From: an uncultured Bacteroidales bacterium
GTDB taxonomy: Bacteria > Bacteroidota > Bacteroidia > Bacteroidales > UBA10428
Direction: 5' to 3'
DNA: 64,000 bases
NCBI GenBank assembly: GCA_964456285.1
Contig: CAYWBC010000002.1
Span: 16,999-80,998, forward strand
This document shows, one piece after another, positions 1-8,659 of this stretch. The translations under genes were made by a program, and so were the position numbers. The notes beneath the pieces are model-generated. The model searched no databases and was not told the DNA's origin. It worked only from the letters and a program-made list of their open reading frames with translations. Positions within the stretch are counted from its first letter, which is position 1, and each line of letters begins with the position of its first letter.

Positions 1-1206
1 GATGTATTTTCATTGTTACGAGGTGCCAAAGGAACAAAAGTTTCTGTCTCGGTTGTGCGCAAATCTGTCTCTGAACTACTGAATTTTACAATAACAAGAG
101 ATAAAATACCCATTAACAGCCTTGATGCTGCATATATTGTTCAGGACGGAATAGCTTATATAAAACTTAATCGATTTGCAATGACAACGATGGATGAATT
201 TGCAGAGGCTTCGATTGAGTTGAAAATGGCGGGTGTTAAAGATCTGATCCTGGATCTTACCGGCAATGGTGGTGGTTACCTGGATATAGCAGTAGTATTG
301 GCTGATCAGTTTCTCGGAGATCAAAAATTAATTGTATACACTGAGGGACTGCATAGTCCCAAAAGAGAATATTTCGCCTCTTCAAAAGGCTTGTTTGAAG
401 ATGGCAGGGTAATTATCTTAATTGATGAAGGTTCTGCCAGCGCAAGTGAAATAGTTTCCGGTGCCATTCAGGATTGGGACAGGGGTATTATAATTGGACG
501 TCGTTCATTTGGAAAAGGCCTTGTTCAAAGACAGCTCGAATTGCCTGATGGTTCCATGATAAGACTTACCAGTGCAAAGTATTATACTCCTTCAGGTCGA
601 CTAATACAGAAATCATATGAAGACGGTATTGAAAAATATGACAGTGAGATATACGATAGGTATGAGAATGGCGAATTTATAAATAAAGACAGCATAAGAT
701 TTCCTGATTCCCTGCAGTATAAAACCCTATTGAATAATAGAATCGTTTTCGGAGGTGGGGGAATCATGCCCGATATTTTTATTCCTCTGGACACTACTTT
801 GTATTCAGATTATTATGGGAGTTTAATAAGAGAGGGAATTTTAAACCAGTTCGTTCTTGAATACGTTGACCAAAACAGGAAAGAGTTAACTAAAGACATT
901 GCTGATCAACAGGACCATAAGAGCAGCCTTACAGATTTTCAGGACTATAATGCAAATTTTGAGATAACAGATAAATTGCTGAAAGATCTTACAAACTATG
1001 CCGAGAAAGAAGGATTAAGTTTAAATAAGGAGGAGTTTGAATTATCGAAAGAAAGAATATCCTTAATTTTGAAAGCATACATAGCCAGAGATATATGGAC
1101 TACCAGTGAATTTTATCAGATCATCAATCAGGAGAATGACAATCTGTTAAAAGCGATTGAGGTATTGAATAATTGGGAAAAGTATTCTGAGAAACTTTTA
1201 TATTAA
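1..1206 (+). CDS. S41-family C-terminal processing (tail-specific) peptidase, 5' end outside window
   Basis: Frame is open from base 1 (DVFSLLRGAKGTKVSV...). S41 motifs LDLTGNGGGYL, IDEGSASASEIVSGA and GRRSFGKGLVQ. TAA stop overlaps the next ATG (TAATG, 1204-1208). Confidence 0.85.
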   Translation, partial: DVFSLLRGAKGTKVSVSVVRKSVSELLNFTITRDKIPINSLDAAYIVQDGIAYIKLNRFAMTTMDEFAEASIELKMAGVKDLILDLTGNGGGYLDIAVVLADQFLGDQKLIVYTEGLHSPKREYFASSKGLFEDGRVIILIDEGSASASEIVSGAIQDWDRGIIIGRRSFGKGLVQRQLELPDGSMIRLTSAKYYTPSGRLIQKSYEDGIEKYDSEIYDRYENGEFINKDSIRFPDSLQYKTLLNNRIVFGGGGIMPDIFIPLDTTLYSDYYGSLIREGILNQFVLEYVDQNRKELTKDIADQQDHKSSLTDFQDYNANFEITDKLLKDLTNYAEKEGLSLNKEEFELSKERISLILKAYIARDIWTTSEFYQIINQENDNLLKAIEVLNNWEKYSEKLLY

Positions 1207-1835
1207 TGTTTTTTTCTGTGCCTGGAATTCATGATGCTTTAGCCCGGGTTATTTGGTGGATAATATCCAATTGCATTGAAGTGATTGCTACCTTAACCGG
1301 ATTGATCTATCTCATTTATTCAGTGAAAGGAAAGATATTGTGCTGGTTCTTTGGTATAATAAGTTCATTGTGCTTTATATATGTCTTTTCCCAATCGAAG
1401 ATATATGCCAATATGGGGCTTTATGTTTATTATGTTTTTATTAGCATTTATGGTTGGATCCATTGGAGTAAGTCAAATTCCAATGGAAAGGAGCTTCAGG
1501 TATCTATCATTGACACGAAATACGGAGTAATTCTTTTATCAATAAGTGCAATCCTTTTTGTTCTTATTACCCTGGGTTTAAAAAAGTATACAGATTCAGA
1601 CATTGTTTTCTGGGATGCTTTCACTACATCATTAAGTATTGTTGCAACCTGGATGCTGGCAAGAAAAATATTGTATCACTGGTTAGTATGGGTTGTAATT
1701 GATTCCGTATATATTGGCATGTATATATATAAAGGATTGTACGCGACGATAGTATTGTTCGTGGTATATACAATTTTTGCAATAATAGGCTATATTGAAT
1801 GGCATCAGAAGTGGAAAATACAAGTCGCAAAATAA
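1206..1835 (+). CDS. pnuC: nicotinamide riboside transporter PnuC
   Basis: 209 aa, multi-TM. PnuC-like pattern (EVIATLTGLIYLIYSVKG, IYGWIHW). Followed directly by a NadR-type kinase gene. Confidence 0.8.
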   Translation: MFFSVPGIHDALARVIWWIISNCIEVIATLTGLIYLIYSVKGKILCWFFGIISSLCFIYVFSQSKIYANMGLYVYYVFISIYGWIHWSKSNSNGKELQVSIIDTKYGVILLSISAILFVLITLGLKKYTDSDIVFWDAFTTSLSIVATWMLARKILYHWLVWVVIDSVYIGMYIYKGLYATIVLFVVYTIFAIIGYIEWHQKWKIQVAK

Positions 1836-2356
1836 TAAGGATTATTCTAACAGGACCTGAATCGACAGGGAAAACAGCTCTTACAACAAGTTTAGCAGCT
1901 ATTTACAAAGTTGGCAGTATTCAGGAATATGCCAGGGAGTATATTGCCAGCCTGAAAAGACCATATACCTATAAGGATGTTTTGCACATTGCACAGACTC
2001 AGGTCAGGCAGTTAGAAAACCACTCAAAAAAGGCTGATAGCATGCTATTTGTAGATACCTATTTAATTATTACAAAAATTTGGTTTGTGAAAGTTTATGG
2101 GGAATATCCCCTTTGGATTGATTCAGAAATTGGAAAAACAAGGAATGATCTGTATCTACTTCTAAAACCAGATATTCCCTGGATTCAGGATGAGGTTAGA
2201 GAAAATGGAGGTGCCATGCGAGAATTGCTATTCAGGGATTATGAAAAGGAATTAATAAAAGCAAAGCTAAATTATAAAATAGTCGGTGGCACAGATAATG
2301 ATAGGATAGATAATGCTCATGAGGAGGTACAGAAATTTATAAATTCTAGCATATGA
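1799..2356 (+). CDS. NadR C-terminal-domain-like P-loop kinase (putative ribosylnicotinamide kinase)
   Basis: Walker A GPESTGKT, ~185 aa, YAREY motif. Overlaps pnuC by 37 nt (alternative in-frame GTG at 1811). Confidence 0.65.
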   Translation: MASEVENTSRKIIRIILTGPESTGKTALTTSLAAIYKVGSIQEYAREYIASLKRPYTYKDVLHIAQTQVRQLENHSKKADSMLFVDTYLIITKIWFVKVYGEYPLWIDSEIGKTRNDLYLLLKPDIPWIQDEVRENGGAMRELLFRDYEKELIKAKLNYKIVGGTDNDRIDNAHEEVQKFINSSI

Positions 2357-3510
2357 CACAAAAAGAGGATCAGATGGAAATGGTTGCCAAAACATTTCCT
2401 GGTCTGGAAGAAATACTTGCAAAGGAAATAAGCCAGATTGGAGGTAAAGGAATAGAAATTTTAAATCGGGCAGTGAGGTTTTATGGCAATAAGTCATTAT
2501 TGTACAAATCAAATTTGTATTTAAGAACGGCATTGCGCATCCTTGTCCCAATCCTTAAGAAAAACATAAAAACCCAAATTGATTTATATGCTGTAATTAA
2601 AGAGTATGAATGGGAAAAGCATTTGAAACCAGGCATGACAATATCGATAGATACCTTTCTGAATTCATCTACTTTCACTCATTCACAATTTGTATCTCTT
2701 CGAACAAAAGATGCAATTGCTGATCGATTAAGACAAGTATTTAACCGAAGACCAAGTGTGGATAAAAACAATCCTGATCTTTCTGTCAACGTTCATTTGG
2801 TAAATAATGCACTAACAGTATCGATTGATTCTTCGGGTTCTTCTCTACATAAACGAGGATACAGAAAAGGAGATTTTGAAGCTCCTATAAATGAAGTGCT
2901 GGCAGCTGGATTAATTATGCTTACTGGCTGGAAAGGGGAAAAAGATTTTTATGATCCGATGTGTGGCTCAGGAACAATAGGCATTGAAGCTAGTCTTATT
3001 GCCCGGGAAATTCCTCCGGGTATTTTCAGAACACAGTTTGGATTTGAAAAACACAAGGACTTTGATGAAGCATTATGGAGCCAAATATATGATGATGTTC
3101 AGGAAAAAGAGTGGAAAGGAAAGATTATCTCAAGCGATATTTCTAAACAAGCAATTAAAATTGCTGCTGCAAATGCTAAAAATGCATCTGTTTTGAAAAA
3201 TATAAACTATATAGGCATTGATTTTCGGAATTACCCGCCAATTGACAATGGAGGAGTGGCAATTATAAATCCACCTTACGGGGAACGCATGGGGAGCGGT
3301 CAGATGACTAATTTCTATCGAATTATAGGAGATAGCATGAAGAAAAATTTTACTGGCGCAGAAGTTTGGATTTTAAGCAGTAATTTAAATGCATTGAAAC
3401 ATGTTGGCTTAAGACCCGTAGAAAGGTATAAAGTCTTTAATGGCGCCTTAGAATGCAGGTTTTTTAAATATGAAATTTATTCAGGGAGCAAGAAAAGTAA
3501 ATATAATTAA
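2353..3510 (+). CDS. THUMP-domain class I SAM-dependent RNA methyltransferase (RlmL/YpsC-like)
   Basis: SAM motif I DPMCGSGTIGIEA and catalytic NPPYGERMG. N-terminal THUMP-like region. ATGA start/stop overlap with the upstream gene. Confidence 0.8.
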   Translation: MTQKEDQMEMVAKTFPGLEEILAKEISQIGGKGIEILNRAVRFYGNKSLLYKSNLYLRTALRILVPILKKNIKTQIDLYAVIKEYEWEKHLKPGMTISIDTFLNSSTFTHSQFVSLRTKDAIADRLRQVFNRRPSVDKNNPDLSVNVHLVNNALTVSIDSSGSSLHKRGYRKGDFEAPINEVLAAGLIMLTGWKGEKDFYDPMCGSGTIGIEASLIAREIPPGIFRTQFGFEKHKDFDEALWSQIYDDVQEKEWKGKIISSDISKQAIKIAAANAKNASVLKNINYIGIDFRNYPPIDNGGVAIINPPYGERMGSGQMTNFYRIIGDSMKKNFTGAEVWILSSNLNALKHVGLRPVERYKVFNGALECRFFKYEIYSGSKKSKYN

Positions 3511-3653
3511 GCTGATAAAAGAATTGTAGAATTGTTGTTCTTAAAACGAAATAGTTTAAACATTTTATATTATATTTATCTAATAGCATTGCTTTAAATT
3601 ATCCTAAATGTTTTATGTGCCTTATTTTAAAGTTATACAATTAAGATTTTTTC

Positions 3654-3661
3654 TATATTTG
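3654..3661 (+). promoter_or_regulatory. candidate Bacteroidota -7 box (TATATTTG, fits TAnnTTTG)
   Basis: Exact TAnnTTTG match 40 nt upstream of the ATG at 3701. No clear -33 TTTG seen. Confidence 0.3.
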
Positions 3662-3700
3662 TTGAATTCAAAACAGAGTTTTTGCTAACATAAGCTTTAT

Positions 3701-4249
3701 ATGAGCTTTAACATAAACGAATATTACACAGACATAAGTAAGGGAGATGTTCTTTTAGCCTACAAAGGAAGTATCACATCTGACTTAATTAATGAGGTAT
3801 TAGAAGCTGTTGAAGATAAGATGGAAGCTAATAAAGAAGAGGGAAAGACAAGGAAAAAGCTATACAATGTGCTTGTTGAAAGTCTCCAGAATTTATACCA
3901 TCATATTGAAGAAACACATGATGGAATAAACGAAGATCTAGATCCCAAATTTGGAATTCTTGTGGTTGAGAGAGAAAAAAATGGAGATTTTCGCGTTGTA
4001 ACCGGGAATTTTGTCGCCAATTCAAAAACTAAGTTTCTCAAAGAAAAAATTGATAAAATCAATTCATTGTCAAAAGATGAGTTGAAAGACATGTATAAAT
4101 TTATCTTAAATCATCAAAGAATCTCGGCTAAAGGTGGGGGAGGCCTGGGACTTGTTGATATTGCAAGGAAAACAGGTAAAAAAATGGTTTACAATTTCTA
4201 CCCCTACAACGATAAGTATGTATTTTTTGATTTAGCAATTCAGGTTTAA
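3701..4249 (+). CDS. SiaB-like small GHKL-type protein kinase (partner-switch kinase)
   Basis: 182 aa. Glycine-rich ATP-lid-like GGGGLGLVDIARKTG near the C-terminus. Size and pattern of the SiaB/DUF6272 family. Immediately upstream of a DUF1987 gene. Confidence 0.6.
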   Translation: MSFNINEYYTDISKGDVLLAYKGSITSDLINEVLEAVEDKMEANKEEGKTRKKLYNVLVESLQNLYHHIEETHDGINEDLDPKFGILVVEREKNGDFRVVTGNFVANSKTKFLKEKIDKINSLSKDELKDMYKFILNHQRISAKGGGGLGLVDIARKTGKKMVYNFYPYNDKYVFFDLAIQV

Positions 4250-4269
4250 TTGACTCAATATTTTTTGAT

Positions 4270-4650
4270 ATGGAATCACTGATAATAGAAGGAAGTACAA
4301 AAACACCAGATGTTAATTTCGACATCGAAAATGGTGCTTTAGAAATAAAAGGGAGATCAATTCCTGAAAATTCAATTGAGTTTTACAAACCATTGGTCGA
4401 TTGGCTGGAAGAATATGCTCAGGATCCAAAGTCTAAGACTATTGTTAATGTGCATTTGGAATATTTCAATACGAGTTCTTCTAAATGTATACTTGATGTA
4501 TTCAAAAAACTTGAAGCCATTCATAAAAACAAATACGATGTGCAGATAAACTGGTATTATGAAGAAGATGATGAAGATATGCTGGAAGCAGGGGAAGATT
4601 ATGAATCAATTATTAGAGTTCCGTTCAAAATGATTGAAATTGTAGATTAA
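4270..4650 (+). CDS. DUF1987 / SiaC-like regulatory phosphoprotein
   Basis: 126 aa. DUF1987 N-terminal pattern TPDVNFDIENGALEIKGRSIPENSIEFYKPLVDWLEEY. Thr68 within YFNTSSSK. Acidic tail. Confidence 0.7.
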   Translation: MESLIIEGSTKTPDVNFDIENGALEIKGRSIPENSIEFYKPLVDWLEEYAQDPKSKTIVNVHLEYFNTSSSKCILDVFKKLEAIHKNKYDVQINWYYEEDDEDMLEAGEDYESIIRVPFKMIEIVD

Positions 4651-4675
4651 TATAAAGAATTTGCGAAATATAAAA

Positions 4676-4704
4676 GGTTGCCTGATTAGGCAGCCTTTTT
4701 TTTT
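4676..4704 (+). terminator. rho-independent terminator after the SiaC-like gene
   Basis: Stem GGTTGCC (4676-4682) pairs with GGCAGCC (4689-4695), with one U-G wobble in the plus sense. 6-nt loop, then a 9-T run (4696-4704). Confidence 0.8.
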
Positions 4705-4839
4705 GCCCGAAAAGGAAAGATAATTTAGCCTGGGGCAGCAACTTTGTTCGAAACCATAAACTTCATGGCCCATTTAAATCAAATTCTCTTCAATAAACCA
4801 AAACTTGTGTTATTATAGCGCATATAAAATTGACACTTT

Positions 4840-5028
4840 GAAATATCATAGCAGATGCGCCATTAAAATATCGTATCCGATACCCATGGCGCTGCCATGG
4901 GCTAATTTATTATTGCCTTTCAGGCAAAAGATAAAATAAGGCTGCAAGCCTTAAATATTATAGCCTCGATCATTGGCCGGGGTATTAAGGTATAATTTCA
5001 AAATTGTCGCATCTGCCCACAATATTTC
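4840..5028. ncRNA. candidate ~190-nt structured RNA or inverted-repeat element (unclassified)
   Basis: Closing helix 4840-4846/5022-5028 (7 bp) plus 4851-4859/5008-5016 (9 bp) across a 4x5 internal loop. Encloses five hairpins: 4869-4882, 4883-4901, 4913-4927, 4938-4952, 4957-4996. No ORF >=60 aa. Confidence 0.35.
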
Positions 5029-5403
5029 GATAGTATAAATAATGTATGCGACAGGTAGCAGTAAACCTGACAAGAACAAAATATTAAGGATATCGATTTC
5101 TGAAATCTGAAATTAGTGCAATAGGATTTTTAAAAATTTAAGTTGTTTCTCATGTTTCGAACACCAGGGCACCACCAGGGTAAGAGGTTCAGAGTACCGC
5201 AATAACTATAGCTTGTATTATGTAAATTCTACAAAGGTACAGAGTACCGAAACATTGAAAAGCTCACGAGTGCCAGTTATAAATTAATATTGCAGTGCTT
5301 TGCATCTAAATTTGAACATTAAGACATCATAATTAGAGATATTATGCTGCTCTGCTACTCAATAAGAAGGGGCATAAGGAAAAAGAATTAACCTATATCA
5401 GAA

Positions 5404-5424
5404 AAGGCTGCAATTTGCAGCCTT
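5404..5424 (-). terminator. probable terminator of the ABC transporter gene
   Basis: Hairpin AAGGCTGC/GCAGCCTT (8 bp, 5-nt loop) a few nt beyond the minus-strand stop. Followed on the minus strand by only a short TTTT. Confidence 0.5.
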
Positions 5425-5427
5425 AGT

Positions 5428-8400
5428 TCATTCCTTTTTATTTAACCTTTGATTCAGGTTCTCAAACGCATCAAGTAACCTGCGCAGTCCTCTGTAATAG
5501 AGTAAAATATAGAAGAAAATACTCATTAACCAGATTACAATAGTGTTTACCCAGAATGTCGGATGATAGACTCCTAAAAATTTCTTCTGTGCCGCATAGA
5601 AATGTGCTTTGATAAAATTAGATTCCGGATCAAGATAAATAGGATCAATCTTTTGAATTAACCGACCCTTAAATTCTACAATCCTTACCGGTTCGTTACT
5701 ATTTTCAACAAATTCAGCCAACCTGTCATTGTGATAATCTCTTTTTTGCTGGATAAAGGTTTCTTTGTTCTCCGTTGATGTCTGATAGGAACGAATAATC
5801 TTATCTCTATTGTCGCTGGCTCTGTTGTATACAGTAATATAAACTCTATTTACTTTTCGAATGTACTCTTTGGTTGCGTTTATAATTTTAGCATCAATTT
5901 TATCTGGGTACAATTGATCCAGGTATTCAAATTCAATTCTATTATTTACTTTCAGTTCATCCCCGATTTCATTTCTTAATAACCTGAGGTAATTCTCAAT
6001 TTTAGCCTCATCACCATCTTTTTCCAGGTATTTATTTATATAGTCAAGTTTATTTTCAAGATTTTTAACCCAGTAGTACTTTTTGAATTCCGCAATACTC
6101 ATTACCTTGTTGATAGGGTAAAACTGGCTCATGTATTCATTTTGAGTGAATTGATAAACCGCTAAAGCTTCATAACCCCATCGGGCAGTCATAATTTCTC
6201 CGTAAAATGGAATTTTATTAGGAGACGATATGCTTGGATTCAGTTTTTCGTATTTCACAATTACACCACTAAGAATGATTTGAGGTATAACAAGAAAAGG
6301 TATTAATATGTAAATGGTTACTACTGTTTTAAAACTGTCCGATATCACTAATCCCATGAGATTGGCACTTACCCAGCAGCTAAACAATATAATCCAGTAA
6401 TGAAGATACATTCCCTTAATTTCCATTATCGAGTTCCCGACAATAACAAACAATGCAGCTTGAATTGCTGAAAGAGTGAGAAGCACCATTATTTTTGAGA
6501 TCAAATAACTCGACCAGCTTAAATTTAAGAAAGCCTCGCGCTTTAAGATCTTCCTGTCTTTTATAATTTCCTCTGCGCTTATGGTTAATCCCATAAAGAT
6601 TGCGACAATTACAGACATAAAGATGTAAACCGGCAAATTACTGTTTCCCAGCAATGTATACCCTACTTCATTCAAATCACTCTCGTTATAATACTTAATA
6701 ATAAAAGACAGAATGAAAGCCAATAAAGGAGCTTCAAGAAAATTGATTATTAAGTATTGTGAATTGGCAATCTTTGAAAGTACGTCACGCTTAACAAATA
6801 CAAGAAATTGCCGTATTTTATTTGGAATTTTGAAGGAAATATTTGGCAATTCTGTTACTTCTTTGACTTCTTCTCTCTGTTTCTTCTGTGTATGTTCAAT
6901 AAAGTACTTGTTCCATTCTTTAGGTGATTTTTTCCTTCGATGTGTGAATTTTCCATATTCATCAAGTATGTTTGATTCAACGATATTAAAAATCTGTTCA
7001 GGATTAACATTACCACAAACATTGCATTCACTCTCGTTGTAATTGGCGTAATGCGTCTTTGATTTGAAATACACAATCGAATCAATCGGATCACCATCAT
7101 AAATAAGGTATCCTCCGGTATCGAGAATCAGCAATTCATCGAACATCTTAAAAATATCTGATGAAGGTTGATGAATTACTACAAAAACAAGTTTTCCTTT
7201 TAAGGACAGTTCCTTCAACAAGTCCATGATGTTCTCAGAATCTCGTGATGACAATCCGGACGTTGGTTCATCTAGAAAAAGAACAGCTGGTTCACGAATC
7301 AGTTCCAGGGCTATATTCAGTCTTTTTCTTTGCCCTCCGCTAATCATCTTGTTCAGGGGTGAACCAACCTGAACATCTTTGATCTCAAACAATCCTAAAC
7401 TTTGCAACATCTTATCGACAGTAGCAATTAATTTTGCTTCTTTGTAGTTGCTAAAACAAAGTTTTGCATTGTAGTATAAATTCTGAAAAACAGTAAGTTC
7501 TTCAATCAGCAAATCATCTTGTGACACATAACCAATCAATCCCTCAATTTTATTCTTTTCTGTATGGATGTTTATTCCATTTACAGTAATGTTTCCTGTT
7601 GTAGGCTTTTCAGTACCATTAAGGACGTTTAGCAGGGTTGATTTGCCTGCTCCACTTGCTCCCATTATACCTACAAGTCTTCCCGAATCCTTCACAAAGC
7701 TCAAGGGTTCTAAACCCATATTGCCATTTTTAAACCGATAGCTAATATCGTTTACGCGAAATGTTATTTTGGATTCCTGTTGACCCGTATGAAATAAGGT
7801 TACTATATCGCTATAATATACCGGCCTAATGTTGTGATCGCGAATTGAGGAGCCTGAATTGAAAACAAAAACTTTAAAAGGTTGAAGTAGCTGGCCATTC
7901 AAATACAATTCATGATTCCCAAGATACCTTAATAGGTATATATTGGCAGTTGTAGCTTTTAATAACCAAAGCTCGCCTTTGAAATGCTTCGAATATAAGT
8001 GCTTGCTTATCGGGTTAGCTTTTTCATCCTGATTTTCATCAATAATGAGAATATTTTCAGACTGCGGTGCATTTCCGACCTCTTTTATTGTGAAATCACG
8101 AATCAAATCATGTTCTTCAGTATCAACATTGAATGAATCGGCAACTGTTTGTATAAATTCAAACTCCTGTTTTGAAATTTCTGCAGCATCTGAATCAGCA
8201 AACTCAAACAAGTGAATTACAACAATTAATTTTTGTTTTTGTGTAAGTTCCTTATTGATCTGATCGCAAATTCTGAGAATCTTCACTGAATCAGGACCAA
8301 TTCGTTTTACTCCTCTGGAATTTACAAGGCTTTGATGTCGTGCAAAAAATCTGTCGAAAATCTCAAGATAACCCTCAACGAGTTCCTGATTTAGTATACG

Positions 8401-8514
8401 ACCTAAATAGGACTCAACAACAGTACGCCTGTCGCTTCCATCAGTATTGTATTCATCGGGCCTCGCAATAATTGCGAAAAGCTCCATGAGGGCTTGTAAA
8501 ATTTGTTCACTCAT
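5428..8514 (-). CDS. ABCG-type ABC transporter, fused ATPase-permease with ~270-aa N-terminal regulatory region and ~250-aa C-terminal extension
   Basis: Walker A GASGAGKST, signature ISGGQRKR, Walker B LFLDEPTSGL. ABC-2-type 6-TM domain. Extra C-terminal soluble region plus a final TM. N-terminal region is TerB-like and weakly FHA-like by eye. Confidence 0.85.
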   Translation of the reverse strand: MSEQILQALMELFAIIARPDEYNTDGSDRRTVVESYLGRILNQELVEGYLEIFDRFFARHQSLVNSRGVKRIGPDSVKILRICDQINKELTQKQKLIVVIHLFEFADSDAAEISKQEFEFIQTVADSFNVDTEEHDLIRDFTIKEVGNAPQSENILIIDENQDEKANPISKHLYSKHFKGELWLLKATTANIYLLRYLGNHELYLNGQLLQPFKVFVFNSGSSIRDHNIRPVYYSDIVTLFHTGQQESKITFRVNDISYRFKNGNMGLEPLSFVKDSGRLVGIMGASGAGKSTLLNVLNGTEKPTTGNITVNGINIHTEKNKIEGLIGYVSQDDLLIEELTVFQNLYYNAKLCFSNYKEAKLIATVDKMLQSLGLFEIKDVQVGSPLNKMISGGQRKRLNIALELIREPAVLFLDEPTSGLSSRDSENIMDLLKELSLKGKLVFVVIHQPSSDIFKMFDELLILDTGGYLIYDGDPIDSIVYFKSKTHYANYNESECNVCGNVNPEQIFNIVESNILDEYGKFTHRRKKSPKEWNKYFIEHTQKKQREEVKEVTELPNISFKIPNKIRQFLVFVKRDVLSKIANSQYLIINFLEAPLLAFILSFIIKYYNESDLNEVGYTLLGNSNLPVYIFMSVIVAIFMGLTISAEEIIKDRKILKREAFLNLSWSSYLISKIMVLLTLSAIQAALFVIVGNSIMEIKGMYLHYWIILFSCWVSANLMGLVISDSFKTVVTIYILIPFLVIPQIILSGVIVKYEKLNPSISSPNKIPFYGEIMTARWGYEALAVYQFTQNEYMSQFYPINKVMSIAEFKKYYWVKNLENKLDYINKYLEKDGDEAKIENYLRLLRNEIGDELKVNNRIEFEYLDQLYPDKIDAKIINATKEYIRKVNRVYITVYNRASDNRDKIIRSYQTSTENKETFIQQKRDYHNDRLAEFVENSNEPVRIVEFKGRLIQKIDPIYLDPESNFIKAHFYAAQKKFLGVYHPTFWVNTIVIWLMSIFFYILLYYRGLRRLLDAFENLNQRLNKKE

Positions 8515-8659
8515 TGATATGAGTTTGGATCATTTTTATGCTGTATGCTCCGAATTCTACGGAATTGAAACATTATTGTTACGCCTAAAATGACATTTGT
8601 CTTTATTATTTAAATGCTGTTTATTTACCTTTATGATTCATTCCAAATTGAAAATCGAA

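Noticed and set aside
4740-4765. GTTCGAAAC resembling a tRNA T-loop
   Set aside because: No complementary T-stem arms, acceptor stem or anticodon arm could be built on either strand, so this is not a tRNA.
4746-5162. 9-bp inverted repeat GTTCGAAAC / GTTTCGAAC, 400 bp apart, possibly a closing helix or transposon ends
   Set aside because: About one 9-bp inverted match is expected by chance in a 780-bp region (roughly N^2/2/4^9). The flanks do not extend the pairing convincingly.
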